From Euglena gracilis (lineage: Eukaryota), in contig CP154954.1 of assembly GCA_039621445.1 (NCBI GenBank), positions 15,085,805 to 15,149,804 on the forward strand: a stretch of DNA of 64,000 bases, given 5' to 3'. The translations under genes were made by a program, and so were the position numbers. The notes beneath the pieces are model-generated. The model did no database searches. It was not told the DNA's origin and saw only the letters and a program-made list of their open reading frames with translations. Below are positions 57,118 to 64,000 of this stretch, piece by piece (position 1 is the first letter of the stretch; each line of letters begins with the position of its first letter).

Positions 57118-60100
57118 ATGCTGCCTGGGCGCGGACCTGGACCAGGTCCACCATGGCCGCAGCCTCCTGGCGCGCCATACCCCCAGTACCCTCAGTATGC
57201 TGAGGCCCCGATTCCGGGTGCCCCACACGCTGAGAGGGTTTCAGCCCCGGTATTCGCCGCGGCTACCAGCAGCCGGTCCGCATATGCGGCACCAGATCCA
57301 TCTGCCGTCAAGCAGCCGGCACCCCAGCCACCAGTGCAGCGCAGATTGCGCCTGCCCCCGTATGCGGGAGAGATGATCTTCCGCACTACGGAGACTTTGG
57401 AGCGGGCGATGTGTATGTGCGCACACCCCCCAACGGATCCCTTTATGAAAGCCCTTTGGGATGCATACTGTGCTCAGTTGTTGGTGGTAGCCAACACGCC
57501 TGTGGCTCAGTGGTGTCCCTGTGGTCAAGCCCTGATGACGGGAGACGGTATTTCTCGTGGGCATCCGATTCCGGATTCAAGCCTGGCGAGACAATGATGG
57601 ACCTTGGCGTGTATGTGCCGCCCATGCTGCAAACGCAGAGGACGGTGGGATGCCACACCGTGCATATTTGTGAGCACACGCCCCCACGGGTAGGTGAGGC
57701 TGTGCATGTCCCACCTGGGATGACGAGAATTTTTGCTCGCCCGCCCTCGCCGCAGCGAATGCCGCCGCGCGAGCCGCCAGCGGAGCAATTTGTCTCGCAG
57801 TACGCGACGCACGCGGATTACCCGCGCGGCGCACGCGTGCTCCCAGCCGGACAGTCGGACGTGCCCCCTGAGGCATACGTCCAACACATGTTCGTGCACT
57901 GGATGCCACAGGCATCACCGGTCGCCCCTGCCCCTGGCGTTGAGCCACGGCGGCAGGTGGAGTCCATAGTGGTGGAGGATGAACCTCCCCACAGTGTGGC
58001 AGCCTGACCGCCCAGTGCACCTCCTGTCCAGACCGGGGATATCCCCCGTCGGCAGGAGGCTCCCCACTACCACATGGCACCTCCGGGAACCGAGCAGGAT
58101 GAGCTTGCTCGGCACTTCCTGCAGGAGCCAGTATTCGCGTCTGAAGAGCACCGGACGAGGTATTACGCCTCTCTGGCTGCCCTTCAGGGATACACCCCCT
58201 ACCATCCGTACCAGCCGCAGCTGCGGGTGGCAACCCCGGTTTTACCCGGTGAGCCCCCGGCAGGTGTGGCAGTATTACCTGCCACCCTGAAGCGCGACAG
58301 GGCTACGGAGAACCTTACCCCACAGCCCAGGCGACCCAGCCCACGGGGCGCGGAAGGCGGTGTGGCGAGGCAGGTGGAAGCCAGCCAGGATACCCCGACT
58401 GGACGACCACCGGCAGAGGCACAGGTGGCGATGAGCCGTCCTGTTGCCGCAATGCCACCGCCGATCCCTCCGGTATGGAAGGAGCCGCGACCCCCTGCGT
58501 CGAAGCCAAGCCCACGCCAGGCTCCTAGCCAACGCCCAGCCACGCCATCACCGCGACGTGCAGCGGATCGGCAAGATCCCTCCCCAGAGATGGAATGGGA
58601 AGGAACCGAACCGACTGCGGCACCGAGCGCCTGACCCTCTGGTATTCGCCAGATGGGGAAGGACACTGGCAAGGCTGAGGGCAAAGGCAAAGGAGAAGGC
58701 AAAGGCGTTTGCCGGCAAAGGTAAGGGTGAGGGCAAAGGTGAGGGTAAAGGTAAGGGTACAGGACGTGAGGAGGAAGAACAACCAGCGGAAGTCCTCTCG
58801 GACTTTGAGCAAATGCTCAGGTTCAAGGAGGAGCTGGAGGACGAAGGCTGGCGAATGCAGCATGATTACCATGTTGCAGGAAACCGCCCCGTCACCCCTC
58901 CACAAGCTGTCATCGATGTGGTATTACACCACACTGAGAACAGAGTCAGACAATTCCATTACGGAATTGATCTGTACGCCTTCGAAGGTGAAGGTGGCAG
59001 ACCCTTGCTGGATGCCCAGCCAGGTTTGTGGGAGCTCTGGTTTTGGCTGGGATACCCCTGCCAGAACTGGGGTCTCTTCAGCGATTCCACTGGTCGCAGT
59101 TACCTGCACCAGTTAGGATTCCGGGACCAGCATGTGTTGGCCCGGAGGCTGAAGGCCTACTTCGAATGTATTCACTCGGTAGGACCCCTCAGAGTCCAGT
59201 GGAAATACTACCCCCTGAACCCCGACATCGAACGCCTGATCGAGGTGTTGTGGTGCAACAACATCCAGGTTTGCTGGTGAGCCATTACGGCTCCACCTTC
59301 CGCGTTAAGCGTGTTTCCCTGGCTTACCCACAGAGGTATGACCTCTGTAGTAAGTACTGCGGGCAGGAACTTCCTGTCGACTTCTGGGGATTCGGCGTCC
59401 GCGGAAGTCCTCCACCGCCTCGTGATAACCCGGGCCTGAAGATGGGACGCCGCATGCTTATGCATGTGTGCCGCGACGCCCCGGATCTCCAGGGCAAAAG
59501 TCACCGCGTCCGCAAGCAGCGTGTTTTTATGCTGCACCAGTTCTGGTGGCGAGCCTGGACCACCTACGTCATGGAGGTGTATGTACATCTCCGTGACCCC
59601 CAGGACGACAGGCCTGGTATGGAAAGCTTGCCACCGGATTACGGCGATCCCATTGAGGGTCCTCGTCGTCGTCGGGTCATCGCATCGCCGACCTGCGCCG
59701 CAACTGGCACCTGGCTGATATCAGCCTGGACACTTGCGGCGACAGTTCGGCGGTACCCTCGACCCGGAGGTATTCCTCCAGTTGATGATGCACCCGAAGG
59801 CCGTCCTCGACCTGCGTATGCCGATTCTGGCATGCGTTCAGGAGTTAAAGGATGGCTTTTTCGAGGTCTGGACGGATACGCGTTACCTCGGATTCCTGGG
59901 CCCGAACAGGCCTGCCAACGCCTGGGTGCAGCCATCATGGCCGCCACCCTGGCCCAACAGCGCCAGCAGCAGTACGCTGGCCTTTTACAGGCTGCCGGAT
60001 ACTCAGGGATGCCGATGGCATCCCGACGATCCTCGTTCGCCCGAGGATCTGCGTGCCTTCATCGCCCCGGAGGATGAACCTCTGGCGCGAAGGAGACGTG

Positions 60101-62637
60101 AGGCGTCAGTCGCTTCCACCACCGCGATTCCGCGGCGGGAGGAACGCGAACGCAGCCCCTCCGTCACAATTCTGGAGGCAGCGCCGCCGTCTCCGACAGG
60201 AACGGCTGTATCCTTGGTCTCTGCCCCGCGAGCGGCAGGGGAACGATCAGTTTCCCCGGCCCCCGCGGCAGCTCCCGTCTGTCCACCGGTAGGTGGGGAC
60301 GAGGAACTCCCTCAGGAAGGCGAGAACGTGAAGGATATCCTCTACGCTGCTCTACCTGCACCGGCACAGCCTCGGCCAGACGAAGCACCCACAGAGGATA
60401 TACCTGTGACAGCAACGCCTGTCCCGACGGCTGAGCCTCAACCCGAGGTGACTGGTATGGTCGTCGACGATATCCTCGAAGAACCTACCAGCCCCGCAGC
60501 ACGCACCTCATTAGGAGGCCGCGTGCTCGGCGCCGTAGTCACCGGCATTACTGCCGTGGCTGCTGCACTAACGCCACGAGGTGGAGGCGTAGCATCAAGC
60601 TCCGCCGCTGAGGTCGTGGAGATGCCGGATGTCGGCGTCCCTGCACCCCCATCCCCGGCAGAAGTGCAACCACCGTTAGGGGATGAACCCCTGCCGACAG
60701 AGACATCTGTCGCACCGGCTACAACGGAGGTTCAACCTCCCGTAGCACCTGCGCCAGCGGTTGTGGAGGATCAACCTCCTCGACCGGATGTCGAAATGGA
60801 AGTGGAGGAGATACCCCCACGACCACCGACACCGCGCAGGATCCCTGCCGTCCCGAGGACAATGGCAGAGTTTATGGGAGTGTCAGCGCCTGTGGAAGCA
60901 CCGATTCCGGTGACGACCACAGCACCACGCCCCGTCGGGCAGGATGACCCTGCTCGGCGCAGGGCGGCTGAACAACCCCAGGAACGAGTGCCGACCCCTC
61001 GTAGCGTCATGCGCGATCCAGCGGTCATTATGCCCGCTTCGCCCAGACGGCAAACGTCTGCTCCGGCACCATCGGCTCCTGATACCAGGAGTAAGCTACA
61101 GGCGTCGCCTCCTGATTCCGGGAGTGCGAAGCCGAAAGGAGGCAAACCGGGTGCTGCACCCTGTAAACCCCCTGCCAAAGGCGGTGATGGGAAACCACCA
61201 CCGAAAGGTAGCGCTGGAGGTCAGACTGGCGGACAGTCGAAAGGCCCTACGACAATGCACGACTATTCGGCCGTTACATCGTCCGGGTACGGCAAGAGCA
61301 AACCGAAAGGTAAGGCTCATGGTCGACAGGCCCAATCTTCCGCCGGATCGACGGATGAGGAGCAGGATGAACCTTCTTCACCTCCCGTGTCTGCGGATGC
61401 CCAGCTCTGGACTCAGGATATCCTGACCAGACTAGGCACCGTGGAAGAGAGGACGAAGAAACTGGCTGCTATTAGGCACCAGAAAGGGTCACATAATCGA
61501 TGGATTCAGCCCCTCTTCGTCCGAGGAGACCCTTTCCACTATGTCCCGGAACATACCTGGACATTCTGGAACAGGCGCTCACCCAGAGTACTGGCACAGT
61601 ACTTTGGCGAGGATTGTGTGTTGGATTTCCAGCACGGCACGTCCTTTGCCTGGACGTGCACCGTGTGCCACCATCTGCGGCACTACCAACCGCTTGTGCA
61701 TGTGTGCAAGCGGCAGGTGCAATCCACGACGTTCCATCACAGGGCATATGTGCCGAACTGTGTGGCGCTCGTATGTGGTGAGTGCCTGAAAGCCTGGAAG
61801 CACAGCTTGAACTACTCCTACAGTGAGAATGCTCACGACAGGGATATACCTGCCTTGTGCATCAACTGTACAGGGGCCAAGTTCGTGCAGACTGCTGATG
61901 GAGCAGTCACCACCATTGTCCCCCAGCACTTGGAGACACTGGAGAAGTGGAAGAAGGAGTACAAGCAGGTGGAAGGCCGCCTGAACCACTCCGACTTCCG
62001 AAAGGTAGAAAGCTACCGCCACACGGGAATGGCCCGTGAGTTCCATACAAACGCTGGGGCAATGCGCCTCGCCGTCGAGGAACACGCCAAGGTAAGAATG
62101 CCTTACCTCTGGACCGATGGCGACTGGGAGACACAGGTTTACCCCCTGTTCTCCAAGCGTCAGCACGGCGGATACGCCTTGCCACTGTGGCCTCCTGAAG
62201 AACACGATTTAGTGGACTTCAGAGGTTGGTTGGCGGCTGTATTACGGCCCCATACTGCAAGAGCTCGGACAGCGAAGTGGATGTATGACATCAACTTCAA
62301 GCAGACCCCGGGGATGCCTCCGCAGGTGTCTGCGAATCACCCCCGGATGAATTACATCATCTGGCCGGTGATGCTGCCCAGAATTTTCTGGGAACAGCTC
62401 CAACGGTACCTTCAGCACATTGCTGACCGTACCAGGGAGAAGCTGCCGGACAGTTGGATCAAGGACTGGGAGACCCCATCCTTTGATGTCAAAGATCCGG
62501 AGCACAACACCATCCGGAGCGAATCAGCTCCGCAGCGTTCCCCACGCCAACTGGAGTTGGTTGAGGACCCATTAGGGGACCCTCAACACGACTATTGGCG
62601 TGAGGTGCGCGAACGCCCAGCCGATAAAGGCAGGTGA
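57118..62637 (+). pseudogene. ORF3 region of element B (several frameshifts; last 967-codon segment 59734-62637 open)
   Basis: Pro-rich N-terminus, AQWCPCGQALMTG block, Trp-rich middle domain, Pro/Ala linker and C-terminal Cys-rich domain; collinear with element A ORF3. Confidence 0.82.
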
Positions 62638-62749
62638 GGTGGCTGTAAGCGCCAATGCGGCGTCTTTCAGAAACCTCGTCAGGTATTTGCCTGACACCCT
62701 GTTCGGGTATTTGCCCGAACACCCCTTCGAAGACCCTTTGCGGTATATA

Positions 62750-63552
62750 TATTATATACCGCCCGAAAGGCAATGGTAGAGCCGAGGCAGCCGTGAAATC
62801 CGTTGTCAATATGCTTCGCCTTTCACTGGCTGACTCGGGTAAGAATTGGTTATCCGTTCTTCATTGGTGTTTATTTTACATCAATACGTTGCCAGGGTTG
62901 GTATTAGCACACTCACCGTACAAAATTGTTTTCGGACGAGACCCTCCGGCCATAAGGGATATCCCCTCGGAGAGACCCGCCCGAAGTAGTGTCAGCTGTG
63001 AAACGTGGTTTGCAGAAGTGGAATCACTCCGCCCTGCAGTCCAATCACGTGTCACAGAAATTCATTCCAACAAACGGAAATCGTTTTTACAAAACTTCAA
63101 CACACCCGTGTATAGTCCAGGTGACCGCGTGTGGGTACGGAATAGCCGCACCCGCATGCAATCTTCCAAGCTAGATCCTCTTTGGCTCGGCCCATGCGAA
63201 ATTTTGGAGAGATTAGGTAGTATCGGGCGATATAAAGTTGCCTTGCCCAACGGGATTTAGGACGTCCATATGGACGACTTCAAACCGTACCTAAGCCCCC
63301 CAGACGGAAAGACTATCACCTGCCTATATTTTAAGCCCCGTTCCAGATTACCTGAAACGGACGACTTTGTGGTCGATAAGATAATAGAGCACAAGGTCGA
63401 CAGGGGTGTGCACTACTGGAAAGTTTGCTGGAAAGGGTATGGGCCAGAGAGGACACTTGGGAGCCAGCATCCAGTTTTGTTGGACATATCCAGCAGTATT
63501 GGAAGCTGTGGAACAAGCGCAATAACATAGACATAAACATAAACACTTTCTG
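62750..63552 (+). pseudogene. Integrase C-terminal part + chromodomain (copy 2)
   Basis: IIYRPKGNGRAEAAVKSVVNMLR..DPLWLGPCEIL.. one stop ..HYWKVCWKGYGPE. Confidence 0.9.
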
Positions 63553-64000
63553 AAACGATTTCGTTTCGGAGAATGTGTGTGTTTTATGTGAATGTTTCGC
63601 GTTTATACCCCCCCCTGCACTCATCTTCTGTCTTTCTCACAGAGTTTTTGATTAGACAGAAGCCTTCTTTTTTCAGTGCACCAGCACTCAAAGCTACTGA
63701 CAAAAAGGTTTCCCTTCGCTGCAGTCGTCGTTCGGGTAGCATCATGCTGCCTGGGCGCGGACCTGGACCAGGTCCACCATGGCCGCAGCCTCCTGGCGCT
63801 CCATACCCCCAGTACCCTCAGTATGCTGAGGCCCCGATTCCGGGTGCCCCACATGCTGAGAGTGTTTCAGCCCCGGTATTCGCCGCGGCTACCAGCAGCC
63901 GGTCCGCATATGCGTCACCAGATCCATCTGCCGTCCAGCAGCTGGCACCCCAGCCACCAGTGCAGCGCAGATTGCGCCTGCCCCCGTATGCGGGAGAGAT

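Larger units (their letters stand above)
43642..64000 (+). mobile_element. Second, diverged chromovirus of the same lineage (element B); rearranged; runs off the window end
   Basis: The 5' LTR starts TGTGTACCAGGC like element A; PBS present; gag/PR/MT/RT/RH homologous to element A; no 3' LTR in the window. Confidence 0.92.
54019..64000 (+). repeat. Tandem array with ~6.62-kb unit (integrase C-terminus + chromodomain + ORF3)
   Basis: 54019-~57374 is nearly identical to 60641-64000 (offset 6622-6626). Unit junctions are at ~56125 and ~62750. Confidence 0.95.

Overview
Eukaryotic genomic DNA, very probably from a euglenid, judging by the intron type. (1) 6874-21553 (+) is a ~19-exon LRRC40-like leucine-rich-repeat gene. 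About half of its introns are GT-AG. The rest are non-GT-AG introns whose ends base-pair (+4..+6 with -8..-6), as in euglenid nonconventional introns. The introns hold many microsatellites, minisatellites and MITEs with 8-bp TSDs. (2) 22620-40015 (-) is a complete but decayed 17.4-kb Ty3/Gypsy chromovirus with ~447-bp LTRs, GGCGG TSD, initiator-Met-type PBS and PPT. Its order is: giant coiled-coil Gag, protease, a Dam-like DNA N6-adenine methyltransferase domain, RT, RNase H, integrase, chromodomain, then a ~5.7-kb extra sense ORF region of unknown function with its own splice acceptor and a Cys-rich finger. (3) 43642-64000 (+) is a diverged relative with the same architecture. It is broken in the integrase by a MITE-rich insert and followed by a tandem ~6.62-kb amplification of the integrase C-terminus/chromodomain/extra-ORF cassette. 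The best candidate for an unusual system is this methyltransferase- and accessory-ORF-carrying chromovirus lineage with TG...CT termini. All calls were made by eye; no database searches were run.
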